Assembly: GCA_001643675.2 (NCBI GenBank)
Contig: LSRY02000008.1
Span: forward strand, 682,001 to 746,000
From: Monocercomonoides exilis PA203
Lineage: Eukaryota; Protista; Preaxostyla
Reading direction: 5' to 3'
Length of the DNA: 64,000 nucleotides
The notes beneath the pieces were generated by a model. That model was not told where the DNA came from and searched no databases. It saw only the letters and a program-made list of their open reading frames with translations. The position numbers and the translations under genes were made by a program. Shown piece by piece: positions 25,080 through 37,664 of this stretch (the stretch's first letter is position 1; each line of letters opens with the position of its first letter).

Positions 25080-25680
25080 GAAAGCATTAACAAAAGCAGG
25101 AAATTTATGTGGGAAAAGGATGGTGGAGAAAGGAGCACTGGGAAACAAGGGAAAAGGAAATTGACAGCATCAGTGATTGAACAATTTTCTGCATTTGCTA
25201 TATGGAGGACAGTTGTGTTCTTTTGAGGAATTTTCATAATCAATGCAAAACTAATTGTTATTATTTTATTATTTTTTAATCTTTTTTTCCATTCCAGCCA
25301 ACAGCATTTTTTGTGTTGAGCGTCATTCCTGGTGACAATCCATTTCAAGTTGCATTTTTGCGGATTAAATGGTTTCTTCTTCTCCTCCTCCAATCTCTTC
25401 ATTGACGAGATTTTTTAAATTTGACAGATGGAAAGAACGTCTTCTTCGTATTTGAGAATTTTGTTGTTTGAATAGCCATCATATTCTCATGTTGCAACAC
25501 ACAAAGAAACTGCTGTCTGTTGCTGCTATTGGCTGTTATGAAATTAGAATCCATTCATCATTTCTTCATTTTCTTCAAATGAGTCTCGCTCACCTTTTTC
25601 GCCTAGCTCGTCCAAAGAGCATCATCGAACTTGTTTCATTCCATTTTTCTTTTTGATTCTTTTCCTTCTTTTCCATCTTC
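25080..25680 (+). pseudogene. Truncated duplicate of the 5' part of the importin-alpha-like gene
   Basis: Inverted homology to 37590-38155, including the intron (e.g. GAGCGTCATTCCTGGTGACAATCCATTTCAAGTTGC and CTCGTCCAAAGAGCATC). Confidence 0.7.
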
Positions 25681-26150
25681 TTCTTCTTCAAAATAATCAA
25701 ATCCTTCATTTATTGAATTGCCAGAATAAAAAAAGAAATAATCAAAAAAAAATCATCAAACCTTCGGAACATATTTTTCAGTCAATATCTTTATTTTATC
25801 CCATTGGTAACTATTTCCTCCATAAAATTCATTATTCCTTCCGTTTCCGAGTGTTTCATCATCTGAAATGCTGACCCACCTTTTCAATATCCTTTTCTCC
25901 TTTAAATTTCTCAAATTCTGGTTCTTCTGAAAAATGTGAAATTCATTCATTTTCTTCAATTTCATCTTTCTCAATTCAAAAATTTCCTTGCTTTTCGTCT
26001 GAAAATATCATCTCCAATTCCCTTCCCAATCCCTTCACCCTGGGCACTTTCCATATGAATTCGCTCTCCCAACTCGATAGTCACCCTGCACAACGAGATA
26101 TCCCGCTTTCATTCATTTTCATTCATTTCCATCTACTGCGCTGAAAACAA
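25680..26150 (-). repeat. Dispersed repeat or decayed gene fragment, homologous to 14440-14915
   Basis: Direct nucleotide similarity to 14440-14915. Confidence 0.7.
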
Positions 26151-26730
26151 TGCAAATCAACAATATTCGAAATTTCAAAAAAATCTTTATTATCAATTAA
26201 TTTCAAAGCGAACCTTCTCCAATTTACTTGTCAAGCAAAACATTCCAAGTGGCGAAAATATTCAAAATACAGAATAAAAGCAAAAGGAGCAGCAGTACTG
26301 TTTGTTATATTGCATAATAAAGCATGCATCCTTTTGTGACAAAAAAGAAATCGATTTTTTTTAAAACAATGAAAGCAAACGAATACTTGTTTCAATGCAG
26401 TTTCTCATAAAGACGTATTTTTAATAATTGGCTGAATCATGAATTTAACAATATTTGCAAATTCATTTTATCTGAAAGAAGGAATTGTATTGAAGATTGA
26501 GCGTTTAAATTAATTTTTAACTTTATTTAAATTGTTTCAAATGCAGTTTTTGGTCATCCACATTTTTCAGAAAAAAAAAAATTGAAACAATTTTTATTTT
26601 AAGATAGCCAAAAGGATTTGCAATCATGAACTATTTGTGATTGAATAATTATGAATATTTGTTACAAAAATATTTGATCTCAATGATCTAATCCGTAATC
26701 CAGGCATTCATTTCAAATTTTTATTATGAA

Positions 26731-28907
26731 ATGGATTCTTCGAAGTCTGAAGGAAAAGAAACAACAGATGGCCCAGCTATACCATTTCCTAAAAGGTATT
26801 AGAACGCGTCTTTTTTAAAATAGAAGCTTTTATTTGTTTCACTTGCGCTGTGTCTGTGCTTCAGTTTCAAAACATTGGAAATACTGTTTGGATCTGTGTT
26901 GCAATATCAGCTGCAATGGAGGATATCGCACAATGTGTTTGCCCCGCATGTGAAGTTTTCAGAGCTGAAAAAGCCCGTTGAAGCGAGCTGCAAGCAGTTT
27001 GGTGAATTTTTTCTTTTTTTTCTTCATTTTGACATGTAAACATTGAAACATTAAACTCTGCAGCTCTCTTACCCCAGAGATCATCGAAAAGTTCAAAGCA
27101 ATCTTGCCTGGTGCAATTACAACAAAGAAACTTGACGGACAGTTTGCCATTTTATTTTTGACATGTTCAAGAATTTGCTTTTTTTTGTCTGGTTAATTTG
27201 TTGGCCAGGAACAGCGAAATAGCTGGAAGCGACTTTTTTGTTGAGTTTGGATTTCGGAAGCAGAAGTTGCCAGAAAGCAAAGTGAAGATGATGTGGATAC
27301 AGACAGGATTGGATTCAGATCAAAATGAGCTGAAAACTCGATTCCACAGCGCTTTGCAGGAAATACTGTTGCGGGACTTTGAGGTATGAGTCTCAATATC
27401 GTTTGTTTCTGCGGCTGGTTTTATAATCAAAATTTCATTTTGTTCTATTCTTGTTGCTTTTTGTGAATCAAATGAATCATCTGTTTGCCAAATAAGAAAT
27501 TCAAGGAAACGCAAATGGGCGGTCTTGCGTTGAATGAAAAGCAATCATCGCGCTTGTCAAATGCTGTTCTGAAGAAGTATTCAGATTCCATCAAAAACGA
27601 TATTTACTGCCCAGAAATACCATCTAGCAAACAGAGTGAAACGAACAGGAAAGACACATTGGAGACTCAAGAACAAAATTTATCTTCAGTTCAATTTCTT
27701 TCGCCTGCAAACAGCAAGCCTTCGACTGTTGGTGCGATTCTATCTCCTCTGAGAAGGCCTTCTTCGCTTCGCAGCCCGATTTCAATACAATCTCCAGCTG
27801 CTCATCCATCGCCTGCTTCGATCTTTGCAAACTTCCTTTCACAGAACTTGAGCACTCCTTTGCCGAGTCGGCTAACTGCTGGGCGGCACTTCCAGAATGA
27901 CAGCCTCGAATGGGCTGAGAATGAAAGCGAGCCTTTTTCTCCGTTCCGCACAAACAAATCGGTCGCAGCGAATTCAGAGAACAAAAAAGAGAAGATGCAA
28001 TTTGGGGAGATGATATCATCAGCATACGAAAAGCCTTCTCTTTCCTCTGCCTTCGACACTTCTCTGTTAATAACACCATCGAAGCGTGGCGCATTGGGAG
28101 AACTGTCTTTGAGCCAAGCAGCAGGAGTTGCTGAGGCAGATGCCAAAACAGAGGCGAAAGGGCAGATTCAGTCGCCGTTGTGTCTGTGTGTGTCAGGCGG
28201 CGATCCGATTTTGGACGGGCTGAGCATCCCGCTGAAAGGGCTGATGGAGCAAATTGGGCGGCAGAGCGACGAGGCGCAGAAGGAGCGGCAGCGGCTGGCG
28301 AAAGAGAGGCAGCAGAAGGAGAAGGAGGAGAAGGAGAAAGTGCGGCACTTTTTGATAGAGCAGCGGATGGTGGGGAAGGTGAGCGAGGTGAGCAGCAGAA
28401 TCAACAAGTTCATGCAGAATGCAATTAGCACAGGTATTTTAATGAATTTTTTTTTATGAGAGGGACATTTGGGAAGTCGTATTTTATATTGAAATTCACA
28501 AAATTATTTTCTTGTGGGAATGATTATTAACTTATCGATTTTGTTTATTTTATTCATTTCTTTCATTTAATTTAATTTTATTTAATATGTGTGCTTTTTA
28601 AATGGTTCAATGCTTGATGATTTGCTCAGCTGCAATTGCTGAATATGTCCGAGCGATTGGAAAAGAGAAGCCGTTTTCGCTGAGCTGCTACAACGGAGAG
28701 CTGATTCTGTCTCAAGATTTTGGCTATTGTAATCTTCTGCGCTGAAAAAAGGAATGAAAGAAAAATAAAAAAGAAAAACGTAGTTTTTAAAGCTTTTTCA
28801 TGTTTCTCCAGCTGGTTTTGCTTGATCGTTACAGAGGGACAGCTGAAAAGCAGATTGATTGGAGGGAATTGTTTTATTCTTTGTGCAATCACCAACAAAC
28901 ACGGTGA
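26731..28907 (+). CDS. CDT1: Divergent DNA replication licensing factor Cdt1-like protein (multi-exon; 3' exons uncertain)
   Basis: The spliced translation IPFPKSFKTLEILF..VKFSELKKPVEASCKHSLTPEIIEKFKAILPGAI..LKTRFHSALQEILLRDFEKF..LKGLMEQI..RMVGKVSEVSSRINKF follows the Cdt1 motif order (LPxxY..L..F, TFxxLKxxVE, QIKxILPEAI, RxxF..L, LLERIR, LPELAR). The introns are GT..AG. Confidence 0.5.
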
Positions 28908-29435
28908 GCTGTTGATGAAGATTCTCGCAACAGGAACACATTTGAGAAAGAAATGACAATGTGAAGCTAGTTGGACCAATTGGAGAAGATGTATTTTAAT
29001 AATATTTGATTAGCATTTTGAGAGTGAAGAAGCCGAAATTTTTAAAAATTGCATATTTTCTTTTTCAATTTTTGAAATTTTAATATTTGGAATCAATAAA
29101 GAACATTAACGATAACAAATTACAAGCCTTATTTTAACCAAATAAAACTCACACAAAAACTGAAGAGACTGAAAAATGAATTCTCAATAAAACAGTTTTA
29201 TTTTCCTTTACAAAATGAAAAATCAACCTTTCAAAGAAAAAAAAAACAAAAATGCAATTAAAAACAATTTGAAGTGGAATAATTGTAAAATTGTTGTTTA
29301 AATGGTCCTATCCAAATGAACAGATTACTTGTTAATGAATCAAAGCATGCCATCACTTTCCAGTTATTCAAACTCATCCTTATTTATCCATCATAATGCG
29401 TTCTTTCTTTCTTTCTCTCTCTCTCTCTCACATAA

Positions 29436-30494
29436 TCATCTCCTCTTCCGCATCGCCATCATCTGCGAGGGTGTCATCCCCAGCTCCTCCATCCGGTCCT
29501 TCCGCATCATCTGCGCCTGCCGCAGCCCGTCTGCCATCATCCGCCTGTGCGGAATCTGCATCCTCGCCCCATCTGCTCCTCCCATTCCACTCATCCCTCC
29601 CATCCCTCCCATCCCATTTGCTCTATTCACTCCGCTTCCTCCGCCTGCGCTGTTGGCTCCGCCGCTCTTCAGCCGGAACCGGATAAGCTCGTCAATCACA
29701 CCTTCTGTCTCCAGCCGCCCTGGCTTGTTTCGCCTCTGTTTGGGATGCCTTTGGCTCTGAAAAGTGGAATTGGGAGAAAACTGTGTGTTTGTGTTGGCGC
29801 GGGGAGAAGGGCGGAAGGGAGAATAAGCCGAAGAGTGCTGGGGAGAGGAAAGAGGAGAGGAAGAGGATGGGTTGTGGTGCTGTATGGAGGGAGGGAGAGA
29901 GATTGAGAAAGAGAAAGAGAGAAAGAGAGAAAGAGAGAGAAGGAGAAGGGTGATGAGATCGGAGAGATAAAAATGAAAGAAGAAGATAAATAAATAAAAG
30001 ATAAATAAATAAAACAAAAAAAATATTTGTTTATTTGTTTATTTTATTTATTAGAATATCAATAATAAAAAATTCTTAATACACACTCTGTATTTGCTGA
30101 GTCTCTTGTCGTGCTCTTCCAGAATTGCATCGACATTCGACAGAACATCGTCAGCCATTCCTCGAAGCGTCTTCCCTTCTGCTGTTTGGCTGTGGCTATA
30201 TTAAAAAAGAAAAGAAAAGAAAAGAAAAAAAGAAAATAAGAAAAAAATTAAAAAAAAATGTAAGAAAAAGACAAGATTTAATCATCAAATGAGATATAAC
30301 AAGAGGAGAAAGAAGAAAAGGTAATTTTGTGAAAAGAGAAATAATATTAAAAATAAAAAGAAAGTCAGCAATTTAACAGACAAAAATATGAATAAAACAA
30401 ACAAAATAAGCAAAATAAAAAAACATCAATATCAACATAATTATTCTTAATTATTAATTAAATCCCAAATAATCAAAAAAAAAAAAAAAAAAAA

Positions 30495-30535
<41 letters not shown>

Positions 30536-31230
30536 ATGAACATCAACAAATAGTCTTTTTATCTTCATCTCCCAACACACACCCGCAGGAGCACACGAAC
30601 ACGTTCTGTGAGAACGCCACGAACTTCACCGTCGTTGGTGGATGAGCAATCTTCTTCAGCTCAAAATAGCGTGCAACCACAGGCGACATCGTGTTTATGC
30701 TGAAATGCGCATGTTGTGTCATCTTCTTCCCGCACACGTCACACACAGCCAGATTGGCTAAGTTGGAGAACGGAACGGAAGAGTTGGAGGCATTGGACGA
30801 GTTGCTGAGGAGGGAAACGTCGGAATAGAAGGAGGAAGAGGAAGAGGAATCAGAAGAAGAGGAGGAGGAGGAAGAAGAAGAAGAACGACTTTGATGAGAA
30901 AAAGAGGAGGAAAAAGAAGAAGGACGAAGAGAAGGAGGAGGGGCTGTATTGGTGAGTGAGTCCACTTTTCATCTTTTTGTGTGTTTTCAGCCCCGTTTCT
31001 GGCGCCTCCCCTGACACCTCTTGTATCTCTCACCCAGCTGACCTTCTTCAACATCTCCACAAATCCATCGAAAACAACACATTTTGCTGAAGGGCTGAGC
31101 CAAAGAGTGTTTCTGATGAGTGGGTGCTCATTTTCATCAGTGTGGGATGTGTATGATGGAGGGATTGTCCCTTCGCTGAACAGCCCCTCATCTTCCTTGG
31201 CTGCCTCAAACACCTCATTTGTCAGGTGCT
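29436..31230 (-). CDS. Hypothetical multi-exon protein with Ser-rich tracts and a CxxC..CxC putative Zn-binding segment (structure uncertain, may be disrupted)
   Basis: GC-richer exon-like blocks (CDVCGKK..CSCGC; GKTLRGMADDVLSNVDAILEEHDKRL; EGVIDELIRFRLK..MRKRR*) separated by AT-rich intron-like DNA. Confidence 0.45.
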
Positions 31231-31689
31231 ATCGGCCTCAGAATGTCGCTATTAGCGGGAGTGAAGGGAATCCATCGAAGAAAGCGAGACAAAATAAAAC
31301 AAACAATGGGGCAAATAAGGAAACAAGGTGTGTGTGGAATAAGTCAAGTACAACCAGTGCAAATAGTTCGCACAAAGATGGCGCTTCGAATGATGGAGCG
31401 ATTAATATGTATAGTCTATCATCAGGAACGCTTTCAGTGAAATATCGTTATTTGGTGATTGTCCTGAATGTGACTTGATAATCGTTTCGCTTTTGAGACC
31501 AACATTTAAATATAATTTCATATTAAAAACTATTTTTTTTTTATTATTAGGTTTCATTTTTATTCATTAACTAAAAAATATTGAATTGACCCATAACAAA
31601 ACAGAGTTTTTGATTGATCTTTCATTTTTGTTGAATCGCGAATCTGTGAGCTAAAAGAGATTGCAGATTTTTACAAAAATAACATAATA

Positions 31690-33060
31690 ATGGAAAATAA
31701 AGTTGATGCGAAGAATCCTGAGAAAGATGAATGTGGATATACAGAGGCAATGCGTTGGATTATGGAAAACAAAACAGAGCCTCCAGAATGGATGAGACAT
31801 GATATTACACTTAAAGATAATTGGGGAAAAACAATGGCCATGATATGGATTAATAATGTGGGGACAGAACCTCCAGTCTGGATGAGACACGACAACACAC
31901 TTGCCGATAAGTTTGGGCGAACAATGGCAATGCACTGGATAGCAAACGTTAATACTGAACCGCCAGAATGTATGCGGCATTATAATGCGCTTGCTGATAA
32001 AGAGGGAAATACAATGCCCATGCTGTGGATCCAATCTGTAAAATCAGAGCCACCAGTCTGGATGAGGCATGGTGTTACACTTGCTAATAAAGACGGATGG
32101 ACAATGGCTATGATATGGATTTATAATGTCAAAACAGAACCACCAGAATGGATGAGACATGACATTACACTTGCCAATAAGAATGGATACACAATGCCCA
32201 TGTTGTGGATTCAAGATGTCAAAACAGAACCTCCAGAATGGATGAGACACGATGTTTCACTTGCTGATAAAGACGGATGGACGATGGCTATGTTGTGGAT
32301 TCATTTTGTTCAAACAGAATCGCCAGAATGGATGAGACACGATGTTTCACTTCGCAACAATGATGGAGCAACAATGGCCATGCTGTGGACTTATCATGTT
32401 AAAACAGAACCACCAGAATGGATGAGGCATGACATTACGCTTGCTGATAAGGACGGATGGACAATGGCAATGCTGTGGATTTATAATGTCAAAACAGAAC
32501 CACCAGAATGGATGAGGCATGACATTACGCTTGCTGATAAGGACGGATGGACAATGGCTATGCTGTGGATCTATTTAGTCAAGACAGAACCACCCGAATG
32601 GATGAGACATGATATTACACTTGCGAATGATAACGGAAGGACTATGGCAATGAAATGGATTGCAAATGTGAAGACAAACCCTCCAGAATGGATGAGACAT
32701 AGTAATTCATTGAAAGATAAATGGGGAAAAACAATGGCGATGAAGTGGATTCAGTTTACTGAAACTGAACCACCAGAATGGATGAGACATAAAAATGAAT
32801 TTAAAGATAAGGACGGGTGGACAATGGCAGGTTATTGGGAAAGATATGTTAAAACTGAATTACCAGAATGGATGAAGCGTGATGAAACAATTGCATCTGG
32901 TGAAGCAGATGAAGCTGGTGACATAATCGTCAACGTGATGGATGATACTGCTGCTGATGATGAATGGATGACAGAGATAATGAATTCGATCAAAGAAATA
33001 TTAAAGAAACATCCAAAGAAAAGTGGAAAGAAAATACACGTAGCGATAAAAGTCGAATAG
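31690..33060 (+). CDS. 30-aa tandem-repeat (ankyrin-like) protein, 456 aa, 13 units plus C-terminal tail
   Basis: Intronless ORF with the same repeat. The tail KEILKKHPKKSGKKIH is shared with the 50540 gene. Confidence 0.92.
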   Translation: MENKVDAKNPEKDECGYTEAMRWIMENKTEPPEWMRHDITLKDNWGKTMAMIWINNVGTEPPVWMRHDNTLADKFGRTMAMHWIANVNTEPPECMRHYNALADKEGNTMPMLWIQSVKSEPPVWMRHGVTLANKDGWTMAMIWIYNVKTEPPEWMRHDITLANKNGYTMPMLWIQDVKTEPPEWMRHDVSLADKDGWTMAMLWIHFVQTESPEWMRHDVSLRNNDGATMAMLWTYHVKTEPPEWMRHDITLADKDGWTMAMLWIYNVKTEPPEWMRHDITLADKDGWTMAMLWIYLVKTEPPEWMRHDITLANDNGRTMAMKWIANVKTNPPEWMRHSNSLKDKWGKTMAMKWIQFTETEPPEWMRHKNEFKDKDGWTMAGYWERYVKTELPEWMKRDETIASGEADEAGDIIVNVMDDTAADDEWMTEIMNSIKEILKKHPKKSGKKIHVAIKVE

Positions 33061-34200
33061 TGAAGGGAATAATGAATATTTATTATTTGAAGCGAGATCC
33101 ATTGCCATCACGAATGAAACAATGCATTTCAGCTGAAGACGAAGGCGAGAGGGCGAGTGTTGAAATAGATGCACCAGAAATGGAAGAAGACTGATAATAC
33201 CGCAAGAGTGATTGAATCATTTGCATTGAAGATATTATTTCTGAAGCATTGAGCAAACGAACCAACAAATTTGCATGTGTGCAAATTAAGGCTGCTTTGC
33301 AACATTTCTAAATTCATGATTTTTCTTTCTCTCTTTCTCTGAAGCTGCTTTTGCTCTATTGGCAGATGCTTGGACATGCTTCGAAGATATCTCATTTTGA
33401 TCTACTTTCGATTTGCTTTCGATTGTTTTTTCATTTCAGCAGAACAATTGAAGCTGTTCATTTCAAAGTTTTTATTTTTGTTGATTTTTCAAAATATATC
33501 TTTTCAATTTTTATTTGATTTTGTAAATAATGAAAGATAATCTCAAATCAAATCATCTTATTTTCTTTTTTTTTTCTTCTTTCTTTCTCTCTCTCTTTTT
33601 TTCAATTTATCAATGTGACTGAAAATTCACTTTGGCATTTTGAAAATGAAATGAACATTTCTGTGATTTGGAGTTGAGAGAACTGTTGTTTTTGGTTGTT
33701 GTGCTTTGACGATTTTGTTGCAGCCATTTTGATCAGATTCAACAGTTGCGATTCAGTTAATAATTGGCTCATGTTTGTTCATTTTTGGGAATTGAGAGTG
33801 TTTCGTTGCTGTCTTGAAAAAAACACAGAATATTCACAAAGACAACACCTGTTTTGACATTCAGATGTTTCATTTGATATCATACAAAGTGAAGATTTTG
33901 AGAAAGACATTACAAATGTCTGTCAGTGTCACATTAATGATTTATTAAAAAAAAGCTTCGAAGAAATAACATTTTTATATCGCATTAACAAATCACATTA
34001 CACAATAATATGTGTGAAAAAAAAAGATAATTAAAAAGGGAAATCCTTTTGTGAAATAAACTCCATTGGCGTTGTTGAAAACTCATTTATTGAAGTGTGA
34101 GAAAAATTAATGGATCAATCACAATCATCTGAACATCTTTTCCGCTGAAGAAGGTTCGGCTGAATGCATCTTTAGCAAAATGTTCAGACAAGATTCTTTT
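33030..34200 (+). repeat. Arm 1 of an inverted segmental duplication (pairs with 49200-50570)
   Basis: Continuous reverse-complement similarity over >1 kb downstream of both repeat genes. Confidence 0.85.
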
Positions 34201-34741
34201 AATCGGAATGGGAGGAAATTAAAATTTGAAAGAAAAATCTTTAACAAATTATGTTGTTATAGTTTGGAAAAGAAAAGAAAGCAAAGAAGAATGCTTGTAT
34301 TTTGTCTCAACTAATTGCGAAGAAGCATGAATGAGCGTGTCAAATGTCTTCAGTTCAATCGAGAAAGAAACAGGATCAAAAACACATCAATGTATGTGTG
34401 CATTTGTTTTTATACTAATATTTTTCATTTGCACAACGCCAAAAATCATAAATCAACATTGAAGCTCTTTTTTCATAACCTTTTATTCATATCTTTGACA
34501 TGCTTTATTTTACAAAAAATTTGAAGAAAAAAAATAAAATAAAATTAACTGCTCAAAAGAATGAAGTCAATAATCAGTCCAAAACTTTAAATAGAAATTG
34601 CTATTCATGCCAACATCAAACAGAATGTTTCGCAAGAACTGTTAAGTACGGATAAACACAGGCGAAGAAAGCGGAGCCAGCCCTGAAGGAGTTTTGTGCT
34701 TCAGATAGAGTGAAGAGTAGAAGCTGAAAGGCGGCTGGAGC

Positions 34742-37664
34742 TCAGAAACACGAGGAGTTGGAAGGGAAGATGGAGGCAGCTGTGTGGCTGTGGAAGAGCT
34801 GCTGGCAAATTGGCTGCTGAAACCCTGCGATTGAGCTTAAGTGGCTGGAGAATGAGAAGGAAGAAGAAGAAGAAGAAGAAGAAGAAAAGAAAGTGTTTGA
34901 GGATGAGCTTGCAACTGGATAGAATGTTGATGAAATTGAGGTAGTTTGCGAAAGAGAACTGGATTTTGAGGAAGTAAAACATGAGTTGGGTGAAATGAGT
35001 GATGGAGAATGCTGATAAGAAGAAGAAGAAGATGATGATGATGAAGGAGAAGGAGAAGAAGGAGAAAAAGAAGTGAATGAAGAATAACGAGTATTTATGT
35101 TACTTGGCGAAGAGTAATGATAAGGCAATGAGCCAACTGATGATGATGATGATGATGGTGATGAAAGAGAATGACTTGTATTTTCACTTGTTTCATGCGA
35201 AGACTCCGAAAGAGTCGAGCGAAATGCATCCAGCGTCTGGTAAATTGGAACATTTTGAGAGAAAATGGAAGAAGAAGATGTTTCAATCAGCTCAAAAAAC
35301 GAAGGATCTGGCTGCTTCCCACTCGCCCTCAACATTCCCATCGGCTTCTCTGCCACTTGCCAATTGCCATTGAACGAGCTTTTTGTTGCATAATTGTCAT
35401 ATCCATCTTCTTTTTCTCCTTCTTCTCCTTCTTCCTCTTCTTCCATCTCCTCTTCTGCCATCTCCTCTTCTAAAATTGCCTCTGGAAAGTACTTCTTCAG
35501 CAGACAAACAGACCTCTTCTTCACACTTTCATATTTCTCCATCGAAAGCTCAACAAAACTTTCCACTCCGCCTTTGTCTGCAAGCTGCTCAGCAACTTTG
35601 TTTTTCCGCTTTCTCGATTCAACAAACAGCTTCGATTCTTCTCTTTCTTCTCTTTCTTTCTTTTCTCCTTCTTCTTTTCTTCCTTCTTCTCCTTCTCCTT
35701 CTCCTTCTTCTTTTCCTTTTTCTTCCTCTTCTTCATTATCCTTCTTCTCCCACTGCCCCAGCAGCACCCACAGCAGGTCCATTGCCTCGCACACCACACT
35801 CCGATGCCTCCCTCTCTTCAGAATCTGCGCGACTGCCTCGACACACCCAGCCTCCACAACCACCCCCGCCGCCTCCTTCCCCAGCAGCCCCACGTTCCTC
35901 AGCGCCCTCAGCGCGTGGCACTGGGCGCTGTGTATGTCTGCGCGGGCGATGTGGCAGAGGGCGAAGACACACCTCGGCCGGAGGAGCGTGCATGCCTGGG
36001 AGGAGGTGCCGGCGCCGATGTTGCAGGCGAGGAGCGCAGCCTCGCGGCGCAGACAGGACGAGGAGGAGGACAAGTGCAAGGCGAAGACATCGAAGAAAGA
36101 GGGCTGCAGCAGCAGACGCTGGATGTCTTCGTCGCTGCCGCACGAGAAGTTCACAAAGAAGCGGAACGCCATCACTCGCAGAACAGACACAGAATCACTT
36201 TGAATGAAAGGGTTGACCATTTCATTTGAAATATCATTCAGATTATTGTTATTCATATTCATAGAATATGTTGATGAAAGTTCAAAAATAAATATAATGC
36301 AAATAAATAGAACAAATAAAGAGAGAAAGAGAAATAAAATAGAAGCATATGTCAAACCTCATCAATTCCACAACAAGCCCAAGGAGCACAGGATCGATGA
36401 AGAACTTGTTATTGTTCGGATTCTCGTTGATGTTGGCGAGTATTTGCAGACAGCACTCGATGACTGCCTTTTCTGTGGGCAGCTCATCGCTCTTCATTCC
36501 TTCATTCTCCATCTTCTGCTCTCTTCTTCTCATCCTTTCTTCTTCACTCCTTTTGGCTTCTTCTTCATCTTCTTCTCTTTCTTCTTCTCTTTCTTCCTCC
36601 TCCTTTTCACCTTCACCTTCTTCCTCTTCTTTATCCATCCTCCCTTTCATCTCATCCCCTCTTCCTTCTCCTGCTTTTCCTGTTTTCTCTTCATTCTGCC
36701 CAAAATTCATTCCATTTTCATTTTCATTTTCATTTTCATTTTCGCTTTCATTCTCAAACACATTTTCGTCTATCGGCCCAAAAAGAGGACTTTCTCCTCT
36801 TTTTGTGTTGTTTTCTTTGCTTTCTTCACCATCTTCTTCCATTCCATATTCTTTTCCTACTTTTCCTTCTTCTCTTTCTTCTTCTCTTTTTCCTTCATCC
36901 ATTCTCAAGTTGCCATCTTCAGCTTCATTTTCTTCTTCTGTTCGAACACCAAACATCCCTCCTTCCATATTAATTCCTCTTCTTTCTTCTTCCAATTTCT
37001 TCTTCCCTTTCTTCTTCTCTCCTTCCTCCTCCTCTTTCTCTTTTTCTCCTTCTCTTCCTTCTCTTCCCTCTCTTCCTCCCTCTTTCCCTCTTCTCCTCAG
37101 CATCCCCTTCGCCGCTCTCCTCATCCGCATTTCCCTCAGCACTTCCTTCACAAACATGGCGGCGTCGAAGAAGAGCTGGTCAGACTGAGAGGAAAGCGTC
37201 AGCGCTGCCAGAAGCTGAAGGAGTTGGGAGGTGGTGGCAGTGACTGGGAATGGCGAGGAGAAGGGCTGGGTGGAGAGATGGGTGGTGGAGAAGGAGGAAG
37301 AGGAAGAGGAGGAGGAAGAGGAAGAAGAGGAAGAGGAAGAGAAAGAGAAAGAAGAGGAAGAGGAGAAGGAAGAGGAAGATAAAGAAGATGATGAATAAGT
37401 TGATGAAGCTATTGTATTGAATGGATTGGTAGATGCAAATTGGATTGGTGACTGTGTTGAAGAAGAAGAAGAAGAAGAAGATGTTTGTGTTTGTGAAAGT
37501 GAATGTGGAAGCCCTGATGAAAACTGAAGTGAAGAGGAATTTGTGTGAGATGATTGAAAAAGAGGAGGAGAAGGAGAAGAAGGAGAAGAAGAATCAAAAA
37601 GAGAAATGGAATGAAATGAGTTCGACGATGCTCTTTGGACGAGCTGAGCGACAAAAGCGAACAA
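34742..37664 (-). CDS. Importin-alpha-like ARM-repeat protein with large Ser/Glu low-complexity insertions (intron 36357-36198; 5' region up to ~38130 has stops)
   Basis: LRVMAFRFFVNFSCGSD..LRREAALLACNIGAGT..ALRALRN..VVEAGCVEAVAQIL..GGVESFVEL..LLKKYFPE matches the pattern of importin-alpha C-terminal ARM repeats. The GT..AG intron restores the frame. Confidence 0.6.

Noticed and set aside
33114-33194. Short ORF MKQCISAEDEGER.. conserved in both inverted arms
   Set aside because: Conservation is explained by the segmental duplication, with no independent coding evidence.
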